This document shows, in pieces, positions 1 through 30,525 of a stretch of 64,000 bases of DNA. Source of the stretch: Lingula anatina. Lineage: Eukaryota; Animalia; Brachiopoda. The notes beneath the pieces were generated by a model. That model ran no database searches, was not told where the DNA came from, and saw only the letters and a list, made by a program, of their open reading frames with translations. Made by a program: the position numbers and the translations under genes. Where the stretch lies: contig CM120640.1 in the NCBI GenBank assembly GCA_051362555.1, forward strand, positions 46,168,788-46,232,787, given 5' to 3'. Positions within the stretch are counted from its first letter, which is position 1, and the number at the start of each line of letters is the position of its first letter.

Positions 1-162
1 ACCATTATAAGCGACGCATTTAAATTCTAACCACCATACTACTCCATAATATCATTTTGAATATAAAACTGAGAAAGAATGGTATATATTTATTAGCAAT
101 AATGAGATGACACAATAAATACCGATATCCATACAGTATGAAATGGTTGTCATATCATTTAG

Positions 163-3100
163 GCAATGGTTGAAATTCTGAAGGCTCTTGGATGGGACTA
201 TGTAGCAATCGTATACACTAACGAAAACTACGGAATAAACGGATACCAAGAGCTCAAGGCGGCTGCGCAGAAAGAGGGGATATGTATTGCCACTCCCCGG
301 ATAGGTAACTATAGCATCCCCCTGGCAACGAGCAGTGATCGTTTTGACCGAATCATATCGGATTTGGTACAGAGTGGAACGAGAGGAGTCATCTTTTTCG
401 GCCTGCAGGAGTACGGTAAAAGACTTCTGGAAGCTAGTGCACGGCACCAAGATGCCCCTTCTCTGCTCATGTGGATATTTTCCGAGGCTTTGGCTAATAA
501 TAATGCCTTCAGCGGTCAGACGCTATACGCCCTACAAGGAGGTCTGGCTGTAGCATCGGCCACAAAACAAATACCAACTTTTCAGAAATATTTTGTAGAC
601 TTGTTATTCAACATTACCCGCGGTCACATTGTCACCGACCTTCGGCGCGTTTGGCTTGAAGAATACACCGTAGCTGCGTTTAGTTGTAAATTAGCAACCG
701 CATTGGAAGCAAACAACCAACACACCAGAAACTGTTCAACGCTGTCTCGGACAGAAATACAAGATGTGGTTGAGGCAGGGTCCAGTTTGTACTTGGAAAA
801 TGGCCTGAAAGCCGCTTACGCTTATGCTGCCTCGATAAGAAATGCGCATAGTGAGCTGTGTAACTCTCCTGGCGTATGTAGCAGCTTACGCGATATGACG
901 CCTCTTCAGTGGATGCGGTATCTTTCTGGACTAAATATCACGCTGACAAATCATGACATTCCTTTCCTCCCGCCAGAATTAATTGGAAAACGCTTGATTT
1001 TTGAACAGCACGAGCTCACTTTCAACCCCGAGAGTCCAATTTACAAAATAAGAAATTATCAAAAGGATCGAACTATTGATGTGAGTTTATTTATCGTATA
1101 TTCTTAAAAAGGCGTTTATGTTTATAACAGCAATATCGAAGTTTCAAGATTACTTTGTTGAGTGAACTTTACAGTATTTGAAGATGTTTGTCCAAATTAT
1201 AATTAGTTGAACATTTGTTCAAATATGGAAGATCAAACCATAGTTTTATTTATAATTGAGTTGTTATAATAATTACCTAAATGATAAGTTATTTTTGTCT
1301 GCATTTTAGGTTGGCTTCTTTGATGGTCGTGAACTCGTACTGAACACTTCGAATATCATTATGTACAGATACGACTCCAACAATCAACCTGTAGAAGTTC
1401 AGGGGGAAAATTTGGACAGATCTACCTGCCCAAGAAAATGCGCAGAGTGTGTCAGGAAGAGTGAAGTGAAAGTTGCCTATAAACCGGGGCAGCATCTCAT
1501 CCTTGGGGTGTTTCCGATACATTCGTCAGATTGCACAACAATCCGACCGACTGCGAGCGTGCAATTGTTAGAGGCTTTCCTTTTTGCCATGGAGCAGATT
1601 TCTCAAAGGAAAGGAGTGATGCAAAATATATCGCAAGACTTAGATTTCGGATATCTTGCTCTTGACGACTGTTATGATGAATTCAAAGCCTTGCAAATAG
1701 CATGCGATATTTATAGCGGTAAACAGTTTGGTGACATTACCATAGACAGGAACTCATTAATTGGCTGGATAGGACCTCTATCAAGTGGAAACTGTCGACC
1801 GATTGCTTCGACTCTCCGACATGTACATGATTTACAGATCAGCTACGGATCAACCATAGAGGATTTCAATGACCGAAACCTTTATCCATATTTCATGCGG
1901 ACGGTTCCGACAGACGAACAACTGACAAGGGCCATTTTGAGTATATGTCAGCAGATGGGATGGACGTATGTCTCTATCATCCATGCAAGTCACGACTACG
2001 GTCGATCTCTCAGAGATTCAACTTTAAAATATTTGCCAGAGTATGGAATATGCAATGCTACCGTCCTTGAACAAAATACTGTCACGGATGATCACCTGGC
2101 GTTCAGTATTTTAGAAGCCAGTAAAAATGGCGCCAAAGTCGTGCTCATTTTAACAGATGCTTTAAACGCAAGGGCGCTTATTGGTACAATTCAAAGATTT
2201 ACCATTTCTCTGGATGATGACAATTTGAAAGACCTCGTATTTATTGGCACAGAATCTTGGGCAGATAGAGAGTCGGTAGTTGAGGGATATGAAACCCTTA
2301 CCAAAGGTGCTATCACTTTCAAATTCAACAAAGGAAACGTACCAGGGTTCGACAGTTATTTCAAAACGAAAACTCTCCAAAATAATAAACAGAATCCATG
2401 GTTCAACGAATTCTGGGAGCAGATATTTGACTGTAATTTGGAAGGCAACTTTAACAAAACCAGAAAAAATACTTGCAAAAATGATCTAAATTTAACTGAC
2501 TACAGCAATTATCATCAGGACAGTCTAGTAGCATTTGTGACAGACGCCGTATATTCTCTTGCGCTCGGATTTGATTCCCTTTATAAAACCAAGTGCGGGC
2601 CCAATTTCGACCCGAGTTGTACTACAGCTGATTTCATTTCTTTTAAAAATCGCAAAGAGACATTTACCGGGGAGTTGATGAAAAAGGTAAAAAATGTAAA
2701 CATGCCAGGCAGGGGCGCGATGTATAGTGAAAACGGTAGTGGTATGACTGGCTACACGATCCTGCAGTGGACGGAGGTGGAGACCAATCAATGGAGATAC
2801 GTAGAGGTAAGTGTTGAGGCTCGTCCCCTTGATGGCGGGCACATTTAGCACTCATTTTAAGTCGTTCATATTTTTTCGTGTCTCTTGGTCGAAAAGCAAG
2901 TGTGAGCTGGCCTAATCAAGGAAATTGATAAGATGTGTACTTCTGTGCATGTCCTGATATAAATTGGATTTATATAACATATCTCCAAGGTAGATGGACC
3001 TGTTATAAAAGGAAAGAGGCGTTTTTCTCTTTAAAGTAACTATATTTTTTCCTTTTATGTAACGAAACTTTAAGATTGTGAATGTTCTTGTGTTCTATTT

Positions 3101-4134
3101 TCTTATATATTTTAAAATAAAAAGCACCGTAAACACCTAAACTTGTAGATCTAACACCTCACCATCACCGACCATGATTCTTTCCGGTTTTATAAAATGT
3201 CTACCACTTATGCTGTCAGAACATGTTCTCTCATTTAATGACCAAACCGATGAGCCATGTAGCTCAATGACATTGACCAAACATGTTTTTCGTGCCCTGC
3301 TCCTTCTTTTCACAAGTGCTTTTTGATGTGATTAACATTGTTTCCTGCTTAACAGTCACTACCACTCTTTTTTTTTTCAGATCGGTTCATATTCTCCAAG
3401 CTCTGGGATAAATATTGCAAAAGATAAATTATTAGCAGGGTTGGACAGGTCGGTGAAGTCGGTGTGCCGCGGAGAAGCATGCGCCATGTGCCGGTCCGAT
3501 CCTCCCGCCCCCGTCACTCTGTCAGCGACAGGAGTGGGAGCCGTGGTGATGGCCTCACTTGCCGTCCTCCTTATCCTCACTGTTGTCGTTCTTGTTTGCA
3601 TGCTGGTGAAGATGAAAAGACAACTTGAAAATGTTTATGGTACGAATGGTTTTCTAATAACCATTTGCATGCTATCTCTTATAATTCAAACGGAATATGT
3701 GAAGATCTTGGAAAATTGTTTTAAGATTTTTTTTTATTTATACTCTTTTCTTTATGATGTTCATAAAACCACCGATAAGCATCATAACTTGTCAATTTCC
3801 ACCAGCTTTATTTTTAAGTTGATGAAATGTAATTTACGTAATTCATCTTTAAGGTCCAAACAGTTATGATTATGCAGAAGTCTCTTTCAACCGCCAACAG
3901 CAAGATGTACAAATGGAGAGAAATCTGCCGCAGCTCCCAATGGAAAGAGACATGACACGAAAAGAAAGTGCTCATGACCAGCTCAGTACTGCCGACTCCG
4001 GTTACATCAATGCTGGCAAAAACACCACAAACACGGCTGTTGATGACAGTGACGTAGAGATTGTGTTTGAAAACGACTCTAGTGGTGGTACGATACAATC
4101 AGACCTATATCCACAACACCAGGAAAGGACCTAG
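163..4134 (+). CDS. Class C GPCR (mGluR/CaSR)-type tandem Venus-flytrap (ANF_receptor) single-pass membrane protein, 5'-partial; exons 163-1080, 1310-2806, 3381-3639, 3854-4134
   Basis: VFT motifs occur twice: LGWDYVAIVYTNENYG and MGWTYVSIIHASHDYG. Also ILGVFPIH, LDDCYD, IGPLSS, ISYGST..DRNLYPYFMRTVPTD and NPWFNEFWEQIFDC. GT-AG junctions have matching phases (0,0,1). One hydrophobic helix GVGAVVMASLAVLLILTVVVLVCMLV is followed by KMKR, and the stop is TAG at 4132-4134. Upstream of the acceptor at 161-162 the frame is closed, so earlier exons lie outside the window. Confidence 0.85.
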
Positions 4135-5081
4135 GTGTTTGTGTGAGCTTTATATGTGAATATATAAGCTGAAATGTGACTGAATTTTCGGACTTTTATG
4201 TGAATAGATACATTACAAAGTCAATGTACTAGCCGTTTTACTAATGATGCCACAGGCCCGTGAATAACAGTTTGTAACGGGCATAGAATAGACAGGCAGC
4301 ATATTTTTCCTTTGAGAGGGAAACATATATTTAAATTAGTTAATTTTTTATATCTGTAGTAAAATTCACAACATTCCTGGCTTTTGTATATAGAGCATTT
4401 ACTTTTTTAATCTTTAGAAGCGTTTGTTAACAATTTTGCAGTTTGCAAATGTATATGCTAAATAACTAAAACAGTATTTTTTGGTAAAGAGAATGTATGG
4501 ATGTGTGGAATTAAAAAAAAAAGACTCTCCCACATGATCCAATTTCTCGAACAAATATTTTTTACAATAAAAATGCTTTAAAATACAAAATAAAATTGGA
4601 GTTAAATGCCTTTTCAGAAATAACTTAAGGCATTCAAATAAATGATGACAGACAAACATGCAATTTTAGACATCTAAACAATGGACGGGTTTAATATTCT
4701 CTACATTCTGAATTTGTCTACAGAAAACATAAAACTTAAAACCTATGAAAAAGTAAGCTAAAATGTGCTATTTAGCTATTTTTGTTTGCTACAATTCAGT
4801 ATCACACTGCTTAAGAGATTAAGAAATATATCAAAATTCTCCTTACATATTCATTTCTTTCAGATAATCTGGGAAAACATGAATAAGTATTTTCTGTGTG
4901 ACTTTTGTCCTAAAACCTAAAGAAACTTCAGTCAGTGATGCAATGTAAAGCACAACACAGTGAATCTCTTCTTATCAATAAATATGGGCAAATATATTGA
5001 CAAAAAACTCTTGCCCAATATATTAAACAAGATTGTTATTGTATGCCAGAATGCAACATTTAAAAATATTTTAAAGAGATA

Positions 5082-23781
<18,700 letters not shown>

Positions 23782-23974
23782 CAAGGTGGTATAAAGGCGC
23801 TGTTTTCACAGACCTCATTCATATTTTGTCACTTAGTCAAAAATGTCGCCTTTTGAAGTCGAGGCTACAAGTACCTACTTCCAATAACGACATCCACCAA
23901 GAAGTACTAGTTAAACATGCTGGTCGCTGTCACTGCAGGTAGTTTCTAGAGCTAGAAGTAAAATTACAGTGAAA
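23782..23974. promoter_or_regulatory. Putative bidirectional promoter between tectonic (-) and PNLDC1-like (+)
   Basis: The divergent ATGs at 23781 and 23975 are separated by only 193 bp. Confidence 0.6.
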
Positions 23975-25144
23975 ATGTGTGATGTACTGAGGTCAAATTT
24001 TGAAGACGAGTTCCCTCGGATAGAAGAAGCTATAAATAGAGCGAAATTTATAGGTGAGCGTCCTAAGACGTCTTTTCCCTAAATTAATAGAATACCAGTA
24101 TGTCTTAATTATTATTATTTAGGCTGTCACCTTGACTGGTCAGTGAACCTAGATGTCCACACGAAATGATGATATCATACTACACTTATCAACCAAAATG
24201 AAAAAATAACTATCAAAATCGACTGAGTGTCAAGCACCCAGAATTTAGTCCATTAACATTGTATTCATTATAAAATTCAAAGTAAAAGACAAACAGGCAT
24301 CAATCACTCTCAAACCAAGTCCTCAAACCGTTTTATGAGAATTTTGTTTGAAATTAGTGCAAATTAATTCCATTTTGGTATAAGTAGAAATACATTTTTA
24401 CATGTTTTTTATTTCAGCTATTGACTCTGAATTTACAGGCCTGAGAATCAACAACAAAGTCAGACCAAGGTGAACAGCATGCTGCTTTGCATTTTATAAT
24501 TCCATATTTCTGTTCAATAAGTAATAATTATTTTAACAGTACACGTACATGTATTATGTAAATGGCATATTTTCTCGCTTGAACATGAAGCATTCTTATT
24601 ATTTGTGTATGTAAACTTGGCAGTTGCTGTAAATAATACAGCATGATGCTGATATATCATATATTCATTATTAATGAAGACTTTGATTATTTAAGTCTGT
24701 TTGATGATGGAGCACAACGCTATGGTCAATTAAAGAGTGGTGTCAGTCAATTCCAGATATGTCAGTTTGGTAAGTAGAAGCCTTTCCATACATGATGTTT
24801 CTTTAAAAAGCTGAGAACATGTAAATGAAAATTAATTTGTATATCTGTGCATCCATTCTAAGATTCTTGATTATGATATAAGTCATTACTGATATATGCA
24901 TTGACAAAATTTTTGTCATTCAAATTAATTTAGAACAAAAAAAAATTATTATAAATTGATATGATTTTAACTTGAATATTTTTGAGAGAATAAGATTATT
25001 GAAATTCAAGATTATATACAGATTACGTAATATCACTTTATGAATACTTTCCAGGAGTGTCTGCATTTGTCAAAGAAGAAAATGAAAACAAGTAATCATA
25101 TTTTAATATTTATTGTAGTTGAAGTACATAGCTAGAAAAAATAG

Positions 25145-25230
<86 letters not shown>

Positions 25231-28200
25231 TTTTAAAGGTGTCCCACGTGCACCCATATTTAAAAATCTCCCAAAGTAGTATTTTTATTATGCAAAATTT
25301 GTTATCCTTCCCAGTTAAGACCTTCATAATGCGAACCCCCCTTAAATAAAGTTTATCTGAAGTATACCTGAAGTCATTATTTTCATTTGAGCCTAAAGCC
25401 CAGTGAAAATGCCCTCAACATTTTGATGAACATTGCTCAACATTTGTAGAGTGACTTTTAGTGATGCACAGTGAGAGTGGGTAAAAATGCTTTTAACAAT
25501 TTCACACAACACAAGTTTGGCGATGAAGGCACGCTTGGCTGTAACCTTGAAAGTGTTATAAAATCATCATATTGTTCATAAACCAGGTGCATAAACCTAG
25601 AAATCATACAAAACAAGTGTAGACTGCCATACTAGTCTTCCATAATGCAAAAAATCCTGATAGAAATACATTGAAGCATTCAAAACCTATGTTTCAAAAT
25701 ACCCATACCTTGACTTTTTTGTTCAAATTATTAATGGTGTTAGTTTAATGTAAAAAAGTCCTTGTAGCCCTGACATTGTTACAGCTTGTAGTTGACTAGG
25801 ACAGTGATGGCAAAGATGATAAAAAGAGAAAAAACTAGAGCATGGATGAAAAGTTTCACTATTGTGAGAAATAATATGAATCCACCTGAGCCTCTTTAGT
25901 ATGAAAAGAGGGGTCTAGTGTGCTTGCACTGACCAGGCAATTATATCCGATATAATTCCCTGCACTGACTGAACATTGTTGGATGGAATGTTAAAAATGC
26001 TCTAGACAACAACATATGTTGAGTCAACCCACTGAACTATTTTGCCTTCATTTAAACTCCAATGAACAATGTTGAACACCACTCAACATCACTCAACAAG
26101 GTGTAAAAATATTTTCAGCATTTCCCCTCTGCAAATGTACATTGATGTTCAGTGAAATGTTAAGAGCATTTTAATTGGGCTTAATATCCTTGCAAAGTTC
26201 CAAACTGTGACATCTCACAATTTCATTTGAGAAATAAACTGTCTATTATATGCATGATATAAGGCCATGATACCATACGCCTTGCCATTATTAGTGTTAT
26301 TAAGTGGGAAGGAGATGTATTGTGTAAGTCTGGAAAGGGATGTCATTCTAAATGTTATGAGAAACATTAAGAACTACATTATTTTTTATATAAAAGTGGC
26401 ATACATAATGTAAAACATCCAGTGCAAGTCCTAGAGCTATAGAAAATTGCTTTTTTCTCAAAGTAAAATTCTGAAGCTCATAGGATGCCTGTGGTATTGT
26501 TAGTAATTTGCTTTTTTGTATGATTATTGTATGTTTTCCTTCCTTTTTCTTTACAAGGTATACAGCTTATACATTCAACTTCCACATTTTTCCTTCTTCA
26601 TTTGGACCAATTGACCCAAGGTTCATGTGTCAGGTATTATAATTGTTTTATTATTATTTTGTTTTTCTGTGAAAATACAATCATGATTAATATTATGATA
26701 AATAAAATACATTGAAGACAACTGTGAGGCTCAGTCCACAATTATCACCTTATTTATCACCATAAAGAATCATTAAGTAAATTTACATTCTTGATTCTTT
26801 TTTCACACAAAGATAAGAGAGAAATATTTTGTAATAGTGGTAAATGTGTTATTTTTCAAATAAATAATTTTGTCTCCTCATTGTTTTTTATTTCAGGTGT
26901 CGAGTTTAGAATTCTTGTGTACATTCAATTTTGACTTTAATAAGGTAAGAAATTAGATTGTTGACTATAAATTTTACGAAGAGTCAGAAATGCTAAAATA
27001 ATTAAGCACATCTTGAATTTTTATCTATGAAACATGAATTTGAACTACATGTGTTTGAAAAGAAGATATCAAAGTGATAAACTGATGCTTGATAGAGCAT
27101 GGTAGATCACTACAGTATATTGGTGGTGAGTGAGAGCAATAGAAGGATTAGAATTTAGAAACTGGTTAAACATTATATTTTCATTTTGCTGAGGTGACAC
27201 TGTACTAGGCTATGTTGTTACAGCTGGACTGTAAAAACCTTTAAAGTAATAACTGTTCCTATGAGATTAAAATTTCATAATAGAAACATTGTTAACTCAT
27301 AAAAAATAATTAACTCCATCTTATTTCCAAAAGAACAGTTATTCATTGCAATTATTCTGGAATCTGTGCTTGTCATCAGACCACATAGACCTTCATAGAT
27401 GGCTATACTTCAGTAATAATCTCTAATAAAAGATTATTACAAAAAAAACTTATTAGGAAAAAAAACATGGACTAACTTTGAATGTCAGAATGGATTCATT
27501 AACCATTGGGAAGTTTGGGAATTTTTTTTTTCACCAAAACAAACGGTTGTTTTCCCTTTAACCAGCTTTTTGTAGCAAGGAAATTAAAATACACTTGTTG
27601 CAACATATCACTGTACAAGTTTGCATTTTAAAAAAGTTTTAGTCTTTATAATGTGTATAGATCACCCATTTTGATTCCAGTTCATATATGAAGGTGTGCC
27701 GTTTCTAAACAGGACGCAAGAGCAACAACTAAGGAGTATTCTTAGAAACCAATCACTATTTGATGGACAGGAACGGTATGTGAATATACCCACTTCTCAG
27801 TTTAAGAAAACACATTTGAAACAATGTAATTGCAGAGAATAGTGAAGAAAGAGAGTGTGAAAATGCGGTGTGTCTGGTTTTATTGCTGACTTAACAGAGG
27901 GTCAGATATTAGACTGAGAAATAACTTTGTTCTTTCTGCAAAAAAAAAAATGCATTTTTAAAGAATTTAATCAGTGAAGATGAACTTGACCTGAACTTGA
28001 TTTATCTACTAATAGATTATATTACTGATAATGGGTCTTAGCAATATTGGAATTTTAAAGTGATTATTAACTAGTCTATATGGCTATTGCTGAATACAAA
28101 GGTAAAGGTTATCAGGGGTCAGTTGTGACAATATAATTTTTTTTAAATTAGTAATAGAAAGTCGGTTGGTTTATACATGTATACATAGTATTGTGCTATG

Positions 28201-29449
28201 TGAATTTTACTTACAGAGATGTGGATGAAGATGCTCTGCAGAAGGCATGTTCTGAGGTTGCAGAGTGGGTGGTAGAAGCAAAAGATGGAGACACCAAACT
28301 CATAAATAGGCCAAAAAGTATGTTATCATGTAATGATATATGTATGTTGTATAATGTCATTTTTATTGTCTTTTAAATCTCACAGCCTTTCTGTTTTGGT
28401 CAGTACCGGTAATTTAAAAAAAATAAGGTACATGTGTAAGTCATTTTGGGATGTATATTTGTTGTAAATTATAATCTTTTATTTTCATTATTAGGAGTTG
28501 CAGATTTTATTTTGCATGAAGAATTACTTCAGCGGTTTGACAACATATGGCCAGAGAGACAAGCCCAGCTGAATCCTGTGGTAAGTAATGCAATCAAAAT
28601 GTCTTTAGATTAAATTTAGTTTATTTGAAGTGATACATTGAAATCTGTGGATTAATTCATATAAAGTAAATTAACAGAATGTTGACTTATTTCATTCCAG
28701 ATATTAGTAACAAAAGTACCAGTGGGGCAAAGGAAAAAGCTAGAAGACATGAATGAAAATTCACAAGAGTACCAAGAGGAAAGGTTATGTGATGATTAAA
28801 TTTGAATTCTTTTATATGATTGAGCATTTTGATTTATTGTATTACTCATTTGTTTGTTTGTTTGTTTGTTTGTTTTTTTTTTGTAAATTTTTAGTCATTT
28901 TCTAGACATCCTCACAAAAGTTCATTTGTAAAGTATATTTTTGGCTTCTCAACTGTTATTCAAGTGTGGATATTTGTATGTTTGTTTGTTTGTATTTTTT
29001 TTCGAGGAATCAATCTCTGGAAGGCGAATAGTTACTTGTGATACACTATGAATGTCATTTGCATAATTTTTTTTTAAAACCTAATTTATTTTTTACAGAA
29101 TGGTTAATTTATTAAAGGGTTTCTCTCGAGTGATTGATCTTATATCAAACTCTAAAAAGGTAAGCAGTTTGCTTTAGAATTATTTAACTATTTTTATTGA
29201 TACATTGTTCAATGTGTAAAAACACATACATTTTTGCTATAATTTGCATGCTACATTCTTGGTCAGATGCATTCATTTGTTGTTTATTCTTATTTTAATG
29301 TATTTTATTGTAGGAGATTTGTTTTGTAAAAGAAGTCAAAACAAATCTTAAATTTCTTCTTTCAGCCACTCATAGGACACAACATGCTTTTAGACTTAAT
29401 GCTCATCCATGATAAGTTTTACCTACCTTTGCCTGGTAAGAATTCAAAA

Positions 29450-29517
<68 letters not shown>

Positions 29518-30481
29518 CTTCAAGTTGGCTTTATAACAAGTTGTTAAAAATTCTTAGCTTTGTAATTCACAAAACATTTGTATTGACTATAATAGCTTTG
29601 AGAGAATGGTGAGCAGCTACAGAAGTATTGGGAGGTTTAAGGAAGTAGCTGTTTGAAAGATTTAATGACTATCTGAGGTCGTGTGACCACTATCATGGCA
29701 GATGCAGTAATAACAAAAGACTTACCTCCAAATAACCTACTTCAAATTCAGTGGCAGTGGGAAGGAAGACTGATGTCATGGTTCATTTCCTTATAGTTTG
29801 ATCATATGCTTGCACCTATGCGCGCTCACACACATGCACACAACTTTTAAGTCAAGCCTTCAGTTTCATGGCAAATGTTCTCTTTTTAATTAAAGGGATA
29901 ACAATTGTTCATTTTGGCCAAAAAATGAATTTTCCTGGGGTAAATGGCAATTTTCCCATACTTACCAATGGTTAATGAATCCATTTCTACATTCATAATT
30001 AGTCCCTGTTTTTTTTTCTAAAAGGTTTTTTTTCTTTTTTGATAATGTCTTAAGAGATTATTGCAGAGTATTGCCATCTGTGGAGGTCACATGGTCGATT
30101 GGCAAGCACAGATTTCAGATTAATTACTATAACTGCCGTTTTTGTGGTAAAATAGAATATATAATATTTCTATGTGTTGTTTACAATGTATTTATTGTGA
30201 AATATAGATCTCTTACTAAGAGTTGTTATTCCTTTAAGATTTTTAAGTGAGAAAGAAAGTGGAGGTACCTTTCTATAGAATTCAGACAAAATAGATTGTG
30301 GTACTTTGAATATATCTATGCTGTATAATGTTTTTTTTAAAGAAATCTCACAACCATTTTATAGATACATTTTTTCATTGCAGATGATTATCTTACTTTC
30401 AAGAAGAATATTCATCAACTTTTCCCTTGTATCATAGACACAAAGCATTTTTCTTCAGAAATACGAAAGGTGAATATTACA

Positions 30482-30525
<44 letters not shown>

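Noticed and set aside
166-2848. Two separate mGluR-like genes, or a bacterial periplasmic-binding-protein operon
   Set aside because: The ORFs are joined by a canonical phase-0 GT-AG intron (1081-1309), and the context is eukaryotic.
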